Positions 10,837-22,598 of a stretch of 53,967 nucleotides of DNA are shown here, one piece after another (position 1 is the first letter of the stretch; the number at the start of each line of letters is the position of its first letter). The position numbers and the translations under genes were made by a program. This stretch comes from Trichomonas gallinae. Lineage: Eukaryota. The DNA lies in contig MRSU01008991.1 of the NCBI GenBank assembly GCA_008369845.1, positions 1-53,967 on the forward strand, read 5' to 3'. A model generated the notes under the pieces. The model was not told the DNA's origin and did not search any database. It was given only the letters and a program-made list of their open reading frames with translations.

Positions 10837-13140
10837 ATGATATGTAAATACAAAGATAATCCTAAAGTTCTTCACACTACCTTTTCAACTTTATTAATTT
10901 CAAAAATCAAATATGAATCTTGGGGAAAATTAATTCAAAATCCGGATTTCGTCATGCAAATGATCGAAAATATAACATGCCAATATCATTGCAACATTTC
11001 ACACCAAAATTTCATGAGATTTGAGTTATTCGAATCAAATATCAAAACAATCACGAAAATAATTGAAAAAAGCGATCATATTTCGGACAAGCAGGCAATA
11101 ATAAATAAATTACAAGACTTTAGAATAGATGAAAAATATAAATACATGAATAAATTTGTTGTTAAAACTTCAGAGTACTTAGACAACTCTTTAACAACGA
11201 CAGCCGAAGCCATGAGGTACAACATAATCCGAAAGCACAGACTTGCTTTAATGATTTCAATGATTAATCATTTTGACGATTACGAACAGTTAATAAAAGA
11301 TGAAGAAAGCATGAGGAACTTCATCCTCGAGCCGCAGGAAATCACACCACCAACAATCTCGCCCCAAATGATACAGCAAGCCTCGCAATTAATCACACAA
11401 ATCCACGCAAACCTCAGCGGGTTCGCAGCGGCTGTTTCTGAAGTCACAAAGCCATCAGAACTCAACATGCTCGTTAATTCCAGCATTCCATCGCTTTTTG
11501 GTTATTTTGCATCTCCTGAACATCTACAGCTTGGCTTTTCATTCTATATGAACGTTTTATCAACAGGACCAAAGAAGCTGCGTCCTAGGATTCTTTATCC
11601 GTTCTTTAAGTCACCTGTCGTTTTTCCATTCATAGAATCCGCATTTCAGCCGTTTTTCCAAAAACTCATAAGAGATGATAGAATAAAGAATCTCAACATC
11701 CAAGATAAAGAGTCAGTCAGTCAACTCGCTGCTTATTATGCGACATACATGCAAACACAGATAATAAAGAGCGTCAGATGCCTTCATTCAACGCATGCGA
11801 TTCTTCTGAGGTTCGTTAGACAACTTTGGCCGCTAAATGCGACAATGCATTTTATCATTAACATGTTTATCAAGGCGCACGTTATGAGGTGGATAGAAGG
11901 AATAGGTCTAAACTCCAAAAAGGAATTCTTAGAACAGGTTTTCGAGAAAATTATACAAACGAAAGAAATATATACTTCAATATTAGACAAAATATGCGAT
12001 GCAACAGCTTCATTCGAGCTCCCTGATATGTACACTTCTTTTGATTTGCCTTATTTAGTGTTTTACTCGAGTTGCCAAGATTTATCTCTTTTAGCGAAAG
12101 TTTACAGGCAGAAAAACGATTTATCCCCATCAATAACAACATTTAACACCACAGACACACCTATGCTTGGCATGTTCTGGTTCAGATTATTCCCCAAACG
12201 TCCTCTTCCGCATTCAATGTCTCAGAGATCAATGGTTTTCTCTCAGCAGTGCGAAGATCTTGGAGACAATCCTGATTATGAACGCCTCTGGTTACAAGTT
12301 ATATCAGCGGCACAGAATTCACAAACAGAACCATACGATTTCGTATTGAATTCGAAGAATAATGATAAATCTTTCATAGAATACGCTAAAAAGGCTGCCA
12401 TTAACAGACTTGCTAATCTTGGATCAACATTCGAAACGTTTTTGAATCATAAATTGTATTTCTCGATGATTTCAAAATGGCTCGAAACAATTACTACATA
12501 TGAAACTCTTTTAGTGCGTCCATATGTCGACAAAATGGTCAGACACCAGCTTGAAGACAAAGTGGAGGTCCATGTCGTGCTAAAAAGAGCTCTAAGAAAA
12601 TTCAGCAACAGATTATTGCAACAATCGGCTTTCTTTTACTACATAGAGACGAAAATACCACTTATCAACAAGAATCACGAGAAAAAAATCAAAAAACTCT
12701 CCGAATTGTTCTATATTAGACTAAATAATCCAGAAGAAGAGGATTTAAACCCGCATTTGACTTCTGTTGTAGGAAACAAGCTATATTATGCGGCAGTAGA
12801 ACGCATAAAGGACTTTGATTTGGAATCCACGATGACAACGTTCAGATCAATTCTCGATGTTAATTTATTGTTAATGAGAGCGACCGAAACCGATAACATC
12901 AAGACCAATCTGTTCAACTGTGTTATGCATATGTCGATCATCCCAGATTTACCGATTTTCTACATTCTCGCGAACGAATTAGTTCTAAAGAACGAAAATT
13001 TCCAAGAATTACTGACAGAAACCGAACAAAGGTGCTGGGTGATGTTCGAGCAGGCAATATTGAAGCTTGTAGTACGTGACAACAAGCTCATGAACATTTT
13101 CTTCCCACTTCAACAAGAAGTTGGAAATCTTGCGAAATAA
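10837..13140 (+). CDS. Large alpha-helical hypothetical protein, paralogue of 42159-44075; 5' end uncertain
   Basis: The frame is open from 10639 to 13140 but the first in-frame ATG is 10837. It shares SIPSLFGYF..xEH...F.FY and F..P..F..IES with the 42159 protein. Confidence 0.8.
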   Translation: MICKYKDNPKVLHTTFSTLLISKIKYESWGKLIQNPDFVMQMIENITCQYHCNISHQNFMRFELFESNIKTITKIIEKSDHISDKQAIINKLQDFRIDEKYKYMNKFVVKTSEYLDNSLTTTAEAMRYNIIRKHRLALMISMINHFDDYEQLIKDEESMRNFILEPQEITPPTISPQMIQQASQLITQIHANLSGFAAAVSEVTKPSELNMLVNSSIPSLFGYFASPEHLQLGFSFYMNVLSTGPKKLRPRILYPFFKSPVVFPFIESAFQPFFQKLIRDDRIKNLNIQDKESVSQLAAYYATYMQTQIIKSVRCLHSTHAILLRFVRQLWPLNATMHFIINMFIKAHVMRWIEGIGLNSKKEFLEQVFEKIIQTKEIYTSILDKICDATASFELPDMYTSFDLPYLVFYSSCQDLSLLAKVYRQKNDLSPSITTFNTTDTPMLGMFWFRLFPKRPLPHSMSQRSMVFSQQCEDLGDNPDYERLWLQVISAAQNSQTEPYDFVLNSKNNDKSFIEYAKKAAINRLANLGSTFETFLNHKLYFSMISKWLETITTYETLLVRPYVDKMVRHQLEDKVEVHVVLKRALRKFSNRLLQQSAFFYYIETKIPLINKNHEKKIKKLSELFYIRLNNPEEEDLNPHLTSVVGNKLYYAAVERIKDFDLESTMTTFRSILDVNLLLMRATETDNIKTNLFNCVMHMSIIPDLPIFYILANELVLKNENFQELLTETEQRCWVMFEQAILKLVVRDNKLMNIFFPLQQEVGNLAK

Positions 13141-14035
13141 TATTTTATATTTATTTGTTATTTTTATATGATATTAAAGACTGTATTAATATTATCGTTA
13201 AAATGTCAGGCCAGATTGGCTACTTTTATAAAATTATTTCGACATTTAAGTCAAAAACTAAACATATTCATTTAATGCTGCAAGTTGTAGCATGTACACA
13301 CATGAGAGCAGTCTTTTATTGATATTAGAAGACATAAAAGACAAAGATTCCTTAATCTGAACTGTAAAAATCAAAATAAAATTATATTACATAAACCCAT
13401 TATTATTCTCTGACTGACACTATATAGAATACAAAGTGCTATGGACAAATCTTTGGAGATTTCCTATTCGCAAATTTTGTCAGTTATTTTTTATGATTCC
13501 GCAACAGTGAACCCACTCTATTGTTGACTTGTACATGGAAAATATGCAAGGATAACAAATTCTTTGCAAATTTAATTTCAACCCCAATTAAAATTGGTCT
13601 ATTTGACATTATAATCACAAAATTAGATTGTTTATGTAAAATAGAATATATTGATAGATTTTAATCATTAAATAAGCTTTTAGAAATAGAGATATGAGAG
13701 AAAATAAATAAAAAAGATGAAAAAAATAGGAAAGATGTCTTATCCACATTTTCGAAAAAAAGTTATGATGTGGTTATCCAGCAGTGTTTCCAATATGAGT
13801 CGCTATGGAAATGAAATAACTTTCCCCTGTAAAATTTAATTTCCAGCAAATTTTGAATAACTCTGTCTGCAAACATTTGTTAACAAAAATGATAAATAAT
13901 CGCATATTTATAACAACAATTGTCTAAAATTATAAAATCCGAATCGATTTCATTTAAATAAAATAAAATTACTTTTTGTCAATTTTATAAAAATTTCTGA
14001 TAGCCCGCATAAACCTCTCAAAAAACAATTTCTGT

Positions 14036-14040
14036 TCACT
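14036..14040 (+). promoter_or_regulatory. Initiator (Inr)-like element TCACT
   Basis: Matches the trichomonad Inr consensus TCAYW and begins 9 nt upstream of the ATG at 14045. Confidence 0.6.
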
Positions 14041-14044
14041 TTTA

Positions 14045-16891
14045 ATGTCAGATCTTGCCTCCTTACTCGCGCAGCTCAGCCAGGGCTCCAGCAAGCCACC
14101 ACAGCAGAACCCGGGCCAGGCTCAACAATCTCCATTCGCGCAATTCAATATGAACTTTAATCAGCCGCCACCACAACAACAGAACAGCAATCCATTTGCA
14201 GCACTCCAGTTGCCACAATTCAATCAGACTCCACAGGTAGTTGCACCACCACCGCAGATGGGTGTTCCTCCACAAGCGCAATATCAATCCTCGATTATTC
14301 CTCCACCACAGCAACAGCATGGTGAGGCTGAGTTCAATACACAGCTTCCACAGGCAAGGGGCGCTCCACCGCCACAGCAATTACCAAACTTCGGTGCTTT
14401 GCCGAAATTCGAACCAGTTGCTACTGCCCCACCGCCATCCCAGCCACCGGCCTTCACAATGCCACCACCACAGCAGAATTCTGGCTTCATGCCACCACAA
14501 CAAGGCTTCGCTCCACCACCACAGCAAAATGCTTTCATGCCACCACAGCAGGGCTTCGCTCCACCACCACAACAGTCAGCTCCACAGCCAAATATGGCTC
14601 AATTCGGTATGAATGTTCCAGTTGCTGTTCCACCAGCTCAGGATGAGCCAAAGGAGAAGCGCAACCGCTTCGAGGAAATGGATGGACAAATCAACGTTGA
14701 ATTCGTCGAATTCGCTAAGCACGCTGATTTCACCGTTCTTAGTACAGTCCAATGGGATCCAGCATCAGGCAAGTCAATCCAGTCCATGATCGATAACGTC
14801 AAGAATGGCACATGCATTGAAATTCCAGAGGGTAACTACACAGAAGAATTAACAATCATCAAGAGCATTATGCTCAGAGGTCTCGGCCGTGTCACAATCA
14901 CAGGCACAGGTGTTTCAGACACAATCTGCACATCAAACCAGTTCATCGTACTCGAGAACATCAATCTCGTTCAGATCGATACACGCGGAGGTGGCGCTTT
15001 GACAATCCAGTCCGGCTACCTTAAGGCCACAGATTGCTTATTCGACTCTGTCACAATCTCCGCTGTTCAGGTTGTTGGTGACTCATACGGTGAGTTCACA
15101 AACTGCACATTCGTCAACTCCTACAACCCAGCCATCATGCTCACAGACAAGGCACAGGCCTCCTGTGTCAACTGCACACTCCGCGGCTCCAGAACATTCG
15201 GTGCTCTCGCTAACGATAACTCATATCTCACACTCAACAACTGCCACGCATCCAAGAACGGATCTTCTGGCGTCTCAGCAACAGGCGCTGGCAACCTCCT
15301 CATCATCGGCGGTACATACTTCGACAACGAGTCCAGCGGTATCGAAGTCACATCCCAGGGCTCAATCACAATCCAGCACGCCACAATCTGCGACCACGAG
15401 AACGGTACAGGTGTCCTCGCACAAGGCCCAGACGTCAAGGTCCTCCTTGTCGAGTCCACACTCAAGAACAACCAGCTCGCTGGTGTCAAGGTCTCAGATG
15501 GTGCTAAGCTCATCTCCAAGCACAACAACTACTCTGATGCTAAGCAGAATGTTATCGCCTATGCTCACCAGAAGGGCCACATCTGCCTCGACACAGACCA
15601 CTTCTCTGGCGAGTGCATTGCTGCTGTCGCCACATCTGACGAGGGCCGCATCGATGCCAAGAACATCGACATCATGGACATCTCCAACGCAGCCATCCTC
15701 TGCTACGATGACGGCGAGATCAACATCGATGGTGCTAACATCACAAACTGCGAGCACACAGCTCTTCAATTCAGAGATCGCGCTAAATTCTACATCAAGA
15801 ATGTCAACATTACAGGCATCAAGGATCTTGCCGCTGCCATCCTCAACGATTCTGTCGGCAAGATGAAGGACTGCCGCATCATCAACGGCCAGACAGTCGG
15901 TCTTGAGCTTACATCCGTCAAGGACGTCAAGATCAAGCGCTGCGTCTTCTCCAACAACGGTGTCTGCGGTGCTTCCGTCCACGACGATGTCGACTGCAAG
16001 TTCATCGACTGCTCCTTCGACCAGAACGGACAGTTCGGAGTTGACACATCATCCGAGAACGTTAACGCTAAGTTCCTCCGCTGCAAGTTCACAGGCTCCC
16101 CAGAAGCCGTCATCAACATCACAAACGGCGCCACATCCACATTCGAGGAGTGCGTCATTTCTGATGCTCCAAAGATCGGTCTTTCCGTCATCAAGGCCGC
16201 CCCAACATTCAAGGGCTGCGAGATCACACGCATCGATGTCGCTGCTATTTCATGCTCTGGCGGTGCTACACCAACATTCGAGAACTGCAATGTCCACGAC
16301 AACGCAAACTTCGCTGCTCAGGTCCACCAGCCAAAGACACACGCAAGATTTGTCGAGACATTCATCCTCAACCACTCCAAGTCCGTCGCCATCATCGCCC
16401 TCAACGGTGCTGTCGCTGAGTTCGTCAGAACAAAGTTCGAGAACTCATTCCAGCCACACTGCGAGATCAGAGATGGTGCCACAGTCAACCTTCACGGCTG
16501 CGACATCGGCCCAACAGACAACGGCACAGGTATCCAGGTCCACAACGATGGTATCCTTCAGGTCGACTCCTCAAGAATCCACGAGTTGTCCAAGATCGGT
16601 ATCTTCGTCGGTGACAAGGGTCTCGCTGAGATCAAGAACTCCGCTATCGAGCACTGCGGACAGGCTGGTATCGTCGTCGGCACAGGCGGCAAGATGAACA
16701 TCTCCAAGTCCATCCTCGATGGCAATGGCCAGCTCGCTATGCAGTTCTTGCCAAGCGTCGACGCTACTGTTACAGAGTGCGTCATCCAGAACCACACAAT
16801 GTTCGGTTTCGTTATGGCTCGCGGAGCTAATGTTGAATACTCTGAGAACCAGTTCTCTAATAATGGTCAGAAGGATATCTACATTAATTAA
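14045..16891 (+). CDS. Pro/Gln-rich N-terminus plus right-handed parallel beta-helix (pectin-lyase-like fold) protein
   Basis: The first ~200 aa are P/Q low complexity. SIQSMIDNVKNGTCIEIPEGNYTEELTIIKSIMLRG is a typical beta-helix cap, followed by many ~23-aa coils (e.g. FTNCTFVNSYNPAI, FIDCSFDQNGQFGV). Strong C-ending codon bias suggests high expression. Confidence 0.9.
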   Translation: MSDLASLLAQLSQGSSKPPQQNPGQAQQSPFAQFNMNFNQPPPQQQNSNPFAALQLPQFNQTPQVVAPPPQMGVPPQAQYQSSIIPPPQQQHGEAEFNTQLPQARGAPPPQQLPNFGALPKFEPVATAPPPSQPPAFTMPPPQQNSGFMPPQQGFAPPPQQNAFMPPQQGFAPPPQQSAPQPNMAQFGMNVPVAVPPAQDEPKEKRNRFEEMDGQINVEFVEFAKHADFTVLSTVQWDPASGKSIQSMIDNVKNGTCIEIPEGNYTEELTIIKSIMLRGLGRVTITGTGVSDTICTSNQFIVLENINLVQIDTRGGGALTIQSGYLKATDCLFDSVTISAVQVVGDSYGEFTNCTFVNSYNPAIMLTDKAQASCVNCTLRGSRTFGALANDNSYLTLNNCHASKNGSSGVSATGAGNLLIIGGTYFDNESSGIEVTSQGSITIQHATICDHENGTGVLAQGPDVKVLLVESTLKNNQLAGVKVSDGAKLISKHNNYSDAKQNVIAYAHQKGHICLDTDHFSGECIAAVATSDEGRIDAKNIDIMDISNAAILCYDDGEINIDGANITNCEHTALQFRDRAKFYIKNVNITGIKDLAAAILNDSVGKMKDCRIINGQTVGLELTSVKDVKIKRCVFSNNGVCGASVHDDVDCKFIDCSFDQNGQFGVDTSSENVNAKFLRCKFTGSPEAVINITNGATSTFEECVISDAPKIGLSVIKAAPTFKGCEITRIDVAAISCSGGATPTFENCNVHDNANFAAQVHQPKTHARFVETFILNHSKSVAIIALNGAVAEFVRTKFENSFQPHCEIRDGATVNLHGCDIGPTDNGTGIQVHNDGILQVDSSRIHELSKIGIFVGDKGLAEIKNSAIEHCGQAGIVVGTGGKMNISKSILDGNGQLAMQFLPSVDATVTECVIQNHTMFGFVMARGANVEYSENQFSNNGQKDIYIN
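14486..14575 (+). repeat. 48-bp coding tandem repeat (FMPPQQGFAPPPQQ x2)
   Basis: TTCATGCCACCACA.CA.GGCTTCGCTCCACCACCACA occurs at 14486 and 14534. Confidence 0.85.
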
Positions 16892-18167
16892 ATAGGATTT
16901 TTTATTTTTAATTTTATTGATTTTTCATACTTTGTTGTTTTGTGTTTATTATATCGCCTTTTTTTCTTATAACAAGCATATTTATGCTTTATTTGATGAT
17001 AATGTGATCAGTATGTGGTAAAATGATGAAGCTATTATTTTTAATGATCGACAACATATATCAATACATCGAAATATGTTATATATTCAATGTATATATT
17101 ACATAAATGTGTTAATGGACCTCAGAGGCATATCAAAATAACTTTCATATATATTATCTACGATAAATCGAGAAAGTAGTCAAGTTATTAACCATAACAG
17201 TCATATAAATAAGCAAAGTATGCAAACTAATGATTAATAAACTCAGTAGATTTGAATCAATCAAGGAGTTGCTGCTTATTAAACGAAATATACCAGAATT
17301 ATAATAAATATAGGGTATTCACATGAAATAGAATCGCTTCACTAATGTATAAAGTCTTATAAATCTTTATTGGAAACAATCTTATTGTTGTTCTTTGCTT
17401 TCTGTCAATATGCGTATATCCAATGATGAACATTGACAATATAGAATATAAGTATACTGTTAAATATCGATAATTGATCAATTATGAAATCAAAAAAAAT
17501 TCAACTATCAAACATACGAAATTACACAACATCAACAGATTACTTGTCTGTTAGTGAGACAGGAATTTCGTGTCTGATCTTCGAAACTCAAATTTTAAGA
17601 TCACCATTTGTTGAAATTCGATTTCATTGTAACGATTAATCACCCAAAATCTCATACTTTAGACTTATAGACAAAAAGCAGTATTTTGGTTCTGATATAA
17701 ACAGCTTTTGATAAGACTTTTCAAAAAAAAATTTCGAATTTCGTTGCTACCGTGTTCAGTTTAATAACGAATTTGTTATTGGCTTATTTTGTGTTGCTAA
17801 GATTGCAATTCTACGCTTGTTTGCAGATCAACCCTATTTTTTACATTATTGAGGGGGTGAATCCCATAAAATCAATAAGGTTAATGAGGATTAACCAATT
17901 TATCCTTTTCACATGCAACAAAAGACAAATCCGATGTTTTTTTTTTTTTTGTTTTTTCAATTTACAATGAAAAGAATAAAAATCGAAATAAACAATTAGT
18001 TCATGCTAATTATACCTCCATAAAGGTATATTTTTGTGTTTTTTGATCTTTTATCGATAGAGAGTAAATAAGGTTAAAAATCAAAAAATAAATCATTTAC
18101 TTATATATGGTTAGTGCATCATATCAAAATAAACTAAACAATTTTTAGACAATTTTAAAAATTATTT

Positions 18168-19466
18168 ATGGGAGAATCACATGCTGTGATTGCTCCGAAT
18201 CGGATTGGCGACTTCATATTCAAGGGGACAATCGGTGAAGGTGCCTTTTCCATTGTGAAGCTCGTGGTTAAGGAACAAACCGGGCAGTTCTACGCATGCA
18301 AGATTATTCCGAGGGCCAAACTGGAAGGAACTATTATTCATAAATTCGAAATGGAAATACGGATAAATCAACAGATGAGGCATCCCGGGGTGGTGGCTTT
18401 GATTGATTTATTTAAGGACGATTTTAATTATTATATTATAATGGAGTTTTGTCCCAATGGGGAACTATTTGAATACATAGTTCAACACGGCAAACTGTCA
18501 GAGAGGGAGTGCAAGCCCCTTTTCATACAATTAGTCACAACTTTACAATTTATTCACAGCATGAACGTTTGTCACAGAGATTTGAAGCCAGAAAACATTC
18601 TTATAGATAAATTCGGAAGGCTTAAAATATCCGATTTTGGTCTTTCAAGGTTCATGGGACCAAATTGCATAGTATCGACTTCATGCGGCTCTCCTTGTTA
18701 TGCATCACCAGAATGCATCAGTGGAAAACCTTATAACGCTAAAACTAGCGATGTTTGGTCGCTTGGAGTCATATTTTACGCAATGAGTTCAGGATTACTT
18801 CCCTGGAGCAAGCGTAACCAGGCAGAGCTTTACCAACAGATATCAAACGGCGAATACAAAATACCGGCCGGTTTGTCGCCGGTTTTAGCAGACTTGATTC
18901 GAAGGATGATGACGGTTGATTTAAATAAGAGAATTACGCTACAGCAGATAGTAGATCACGATTTCTTCAAGGATGTCAACAAAAATATTATTTATCCTCC
19001 TCTTAATGTTCCTCTTGTTAGTCTGAAGAAAATTGATCAGTTCTTCGAGAAGGACAAAGCCGAGCAATATAAGAAGGAGCACCCAGAAGACTACGAATCG
19101 AGTGGCGATATTTCATTCAAGAAGCAGCTTGACCAAATATCAGAGCGAAAGCATTACTTGATAAAGCAGAGAAATATTCTGTATGCAATGAAAGGGGAGC
19201 AGCACCATCAGAAGGTGCACGAAGTTACAGAAGCAGATAAGCAAAACGCTTTGAAAGAAATTCACGAAATTTGCAACAAAAAGAAGATGGCTCAAACATC
19301 CATCAAAGTCGTTGATACGAGAGACTCTAGGAAGCCAATTCCTCAGACTTCGCTGATTAACAGGCCGCCCAGCGGTACAAATATTTTACCAAGAGAAACG
19401 CCACGGAAACCGTCTATTATTAGGCCCAGTGTCTCTGCTTCTGGATCCACTCGAAATTTCACATAA
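18168..19466 (+). CDS. CAMK-group (CAMKL/SNF1-like) Ser/Thr protein kinase
   Basis: Motifs IGEGAFSIV, YACK, HRDLKPEN, DFG, TSCGSPCYASPE, DVWSLG, followed by a low-complexity C-terminal tail. Confidence 0.95.
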   Translation: MGESHAVIAPNRIGDFIFKGTIGEGAFSIVKLVVKEQTGQFYACKIIPRAKLEGTIIHKFEMEIRINQQMRHPGVVALIDLFKDDFNYYIIMEFCPNGELFEYIVQHGKLSERECKPLFIQLVTTLQFIHSMNVCHRDLKPENILIDKFGRLKISDFGLSRFMGPNCIVSTSCGSPCYASPECISGKPYNAKTSDVWSLGVIFYAMSSGLLPWSKRNQAELYQQISNGEYKIPAGLSPVLADLIRRMMTVDLNKRITLQQIVDHDFFKDVNKNIIYPPLNVPLVSLKKIDQFFEKDKAEQYKKEHPEDYESSGDISFKKQLDQISERKHYLIKQRNILYAMKGEQHHQKVHEVTEADKQNALKEIHEICNKKKMAQTSIKVVDTRDSRKPIPQTSLINRPPSGTNILPRETPRKPSIIRPSVSASGSTRNFT

Positions 19467-19900
19467 TTTCTTCCAAAAATCGTGTTAGTTTACATGACAG
19501 AATCCGACATTTACATGTCAACATAGATTAAATTTGTTTGTATTATCTTATATAGCAAGATTTTTCTTACCCACATTGACCCACTTTATTTGGCATAACC
19601 TAAGAATCCATTCCTTATAATTTATTAAAATCAAGAAATAATTTATATAACAGAGTTGAATAAAACAGCGTCAAGATAGAATTCTGCTCCATTTGGAATT
19701 TATCTTATGAGGCTGAGAACCTTTTAATACCAAAATATATCTACGATTTGACACAAAAATAGCATAATTATGCAATTCATCTCCATAGACATATAGGACT
19801 TCAATAGAGAAAAATAGCCGTGAAAACAAATTTTTGTCTAAGTTATAACTCAAACAAGCTGCTCGTAGATATATTTGGAGCAAATATATTGCCATGTATA

Positions 19901-19960
19901 AATTTACACGACAAAAATATAACTTACATGACAAAAATATAATTTACAAAACATATTTTA
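19901..19960 (+). repeat. 20-bp tandem repeat carrying the TTTACAYGACA motif
   Basis: AATTTACACGACAAAAATAT / AACTTACATGACAAAAATAT / AATTTACAAAACATATTTTA. Confidence 0.8.
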
Positions 19961-20096
19961 ATTTCATAAATAATTTAATGAAATTGAAATCTGTATTTGA
20001 AGATAAATCTAAAAATATAATATTGATGTCAGAGTGAAGACGATTATTTTCGGTTCAAATATTGAGAGCGGAAGTTAGACCTAAAAAATTATTCAA

Positions 20097-21434
20097 ATGC
20101 TGCCTCTTTTCCTTTCTGCTTCGTCAGCGATTAGGAGACCAATTAGAGAGATCCCTGTCAACGCTGTCAACGCCGAATTGAAATCGTTCGACCAGATTCT
20201 CGACCACTTCGACCAATCTTCGAAGCAAACATTCAAACAGAGATACTACATCAACGAAAAATACGGCAAAATTGCAGACGGCACACCAATCATTCTCGAC
20301 ATCGGCGGTGAATCAGACGGCTTCGGCGTCCCAGGACAAGGAGATTTCGAAGAAGTTATTGCACAGAAGTTTAACGCAACAGTAGTTTCTCTTGAGCACC
20401 GTTTCTATGGTGGCTCATATCCATTCGAGACATCTACAACAGAACAGCTGCAATACCTCACAGTCGCACAGGCTGTCGAAGATCTTGCATATTTCGCTCA
20501 ATACATCATTGACACAATGCACGCATCAAAGAACAAGTGGATGCTCTATGGTGGCTCATATCCAGGCCTTCTTTCTGCTTATACAAAATCTAAGTACCCA
20601 GATATCTTCTCTGCTGCCGTTTCCTCTTCTGGTGTTGTTTTAGCACAGAAGGAATTCAAAGACTTCGACAGACAAATCGAAATTTCACTCGGTCACCAAT
20701 GCTCAGTTGCTGCACGCACAGCTCGTCGCCACATCGATCAACTCCTCGAAACGGACCCAGACTACGTTCTCAACCTCTTCAATGCCGTCGGCGTTGAACC
20801 AGAAATCTTCCGCTTCGTTGTTGGTGAAATGTTCTCATTGGCTCCACAATATGGCCGCCGTGAAGCTATCTGCACACCACTTGAGGACGCCTTGGTCACA
20901 GGCAAGGATCCAATGATGGCTCTCGCTGAATATAACCGCAACTTCTTCATCCCAACATTCATCGGCAAGTCAACAATCGCAGCTGAATACTCCACAGCTG
21001 CTCTCAAGAGCACAAAGAACAAGGGCGCTCGCAGCTGGCTCTGGCAAACATGCCACGAGCTCGCTTGGTGGCAGGTTGCTCCAGGAAAGACAACACTCCG
21101 CTCTCCAAAGGTAACAAAGGAAGTCTTCGCAAATCAGTGCAAGGAGGTCTTCGGATTGGAGCAGGAGCCAGATGTTGACGCATTCAATGCAGTCTGGGGT
21201 GGATTGAACCAGAACGGCACAAACATCTTTTATGTTACTGGCTCAATGGATCCATGGTCTGGTGTCTGCATCACAGATGAGAATGTCCCAGCTGGATGCT
21301 TCGCACACACAGTCACAGGACCAAACATTGGCCACTGTGTTGACTACCACTACCCATCCCCAACAGAAACAGCCGACTTGCAGCGCACAAGAAAGGCTAT
21401 CATCGATGCTCTCACAAAGTGGCTCGGCCTTTAA
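20097..21434 (+). CDS. Clan SC family S28 serine peptidase (prolylcarboxypeptidase/PRSS16-like), probably secreted or lysosomal
   Basis: Short signal peptide; S28 motifs QILDHF, FKQRY, LEHRFYG, QAVEDLA, nucleophile GGSYPG, WQTCHE, DPW and GHCVD. Confidence 0.93.
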   Translation: MLPLFLSASSAIRRPIREIPVNAVNAELKSFDQILDHFDQSSKQTFKQRYYINEKYGKIADGTPIILDIGGESDGFGVPGQGDFEEVIAQKFNATVVSLEHRFYGGSYPFETSTTEQLQYLTVAQAVEDLAYFAQYIIDTMHASKNKWMLYGGSYPGLLSAYTKSKYPDIFSAAVSSSGVVLAQKEFKDFDRQIEISLGHQCSVAARTARRHIDQLLETDPDYVLNLFNAVGVEPEIFRFVVGEMFSLAPQYGRREAICTPLEDALVTGKDPMMALAEYNRNFFIPTFIGKSTIAAEYSTAALKSTKNKGARSWLWQTCHELAWWQVAPGKTTLRSPKVTKEVFANQCKEVFGLEQEPDVDAFNAVWGGLNQNGTNIFYVTGSMDPWSGVCITDENVPAGCFAHTVTGPNIGHCVDYHYPSPTETADLQRTRKAIIDALTKWLGL

Positions 21435-21882
21435 GCTACAGCCGCTATTTTAGAGAACTTTAACTCTTTTTATTTCAGTTATAAAAGTTAATCAAAAAAT
21501 ATCTTATAAATATCGGAAATACATGAGCCAAAGAAACCATAAATATACACAGCTATTTAGAAAATATGTTGCAACTTTTACGTGGAGTAAACATGACTTC
21601 ATAAAAAGTCGCAGCATATAATCTTTCATTCATTGAAATTATGTTGCTACAAACACTGGCGTATGTAATATTCTCAATAAGTTGATGCTTTTTTGACTGT
21701 GTATAATAGTATCTGTTCTTTCTGATTAGTGTTGGATGTGAAAAAGGTTTTTGACAAAAGTCGTAGATTTGACATTTTACTTATTTTAAAGAAAATGAAA
21801 AATTATGGTCATATATAGTGCTATTGCAATGTATTGTATACAAATATGCAAATAAAATTCCATTTCATTAATTATTCGCAGA

Positions 21883-22401
21883 ATGAGTAATTTTCCTTTG
21901 AGGAATGACACTTATCAGACGTCAAAAAACGCTGCTGTTACTATATACAAAGGCACCAATGATGTTGAACTGGTTGATGTTTACGCAGAAGAAAAAGGAG
22001 TCGCTGTGAATTTAAAAGTTAATGGACAAGAATGCATGAAATCATGGGAGTTCTTCAAAGATATCAAACCAGATACAAAGAAAGTAGATAATGGCTCCAA
22101 AAAGATCGAAATTATTTTTGAAAAAGCTGAATCAGGTAATTGGACTTATGTAGAGGCTCAACAGCCATATACTGTGCCATTGTATCAAAAGTGGTCACAG
22201 GTTGAGTTCCCAGAAGAAGAAGAAAAGAAAGATAGAGATTTCGGTGAATTTATGCAAGAAATATATAAGAACGCAACACCTGAACAAAAGAGAGCAATGG
22301 ACAAGAGTTGGTATCAGTCACATGGCACCGTAGTATCCTGCGATTGGAACGATGTTGGTTCTCGTTATGTTGAACCAGTTGAACATAATAATAATAAATA
22401 A
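21883..22401 (+). CDS. SGT1: SGT1-like co-chaperone (CS + SGS domains, no TPR)
   Basis: The C-terminal FMQEIYKNATPEQKRAMDKSWYQSHGTVVSCDWNDVG matches the SGS consensus (IY..A....RAMNKSF.ES.GTVLSTNW.DVG). The CS domain ends in KIEIIFEKAESGNW. Inr-like TCATT at 21865. Confidence 0.88.
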   Translation: MSNFPLRNDTYQTSKNAAVTIYKGTNDVELVDVYAEEKGVAVNLKVNGQECMKSWEFFKDIKPDTKKVDNGSKKIEIIFEKAESGNWTYVEAQQPYTVPLYQKWSQVEFPEEEEKKDRDFGEFMQEIYKNATPEQKRAMDKSWYQSHGTVVSCDWNDVGSRYVEPVEHNNNK

Positions 22402-22598
22402 AAGCCTATAATATCTTTAAATTCTCAACATTAAATTCCAATTTTATGTTTAATCACAATTCAATTAATTTTGATTGATTTGGATTAAAAATTCGTGCTG
22501 TAAATGGCTAAAGAACAGATATAAATTTCTTAACACAACAAAAATAAATTTTACATAAATCTATAAATAAAATATGATTTTGGCATCTAATAACAGGT

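Noticed and set aside
14063..16797. Many overlapping ORFs inside the beta-helix gene, including two 264-aa Ser/Thr-rich +1-frame ORFs and several antisense ORFs
   Set aside because: These are expected shadows of strong C-ending codon bias and low-complexity sequence. Many have non-ATG starts and none has a recognisable domain.
19901..19960. Short periodic repeats (also 39944-40030 and 53530-53654) as a CRISPR-like array
   Set aside because: The units are 11-bp degenerate motifs with short AT-rich gaps. The context is eukaryotic and there are no cas genes.
20051..20080. GGTTCAAAT as a tRNA T-loop
   Set aside because: No T-stem pairing or cloverleaf around it.
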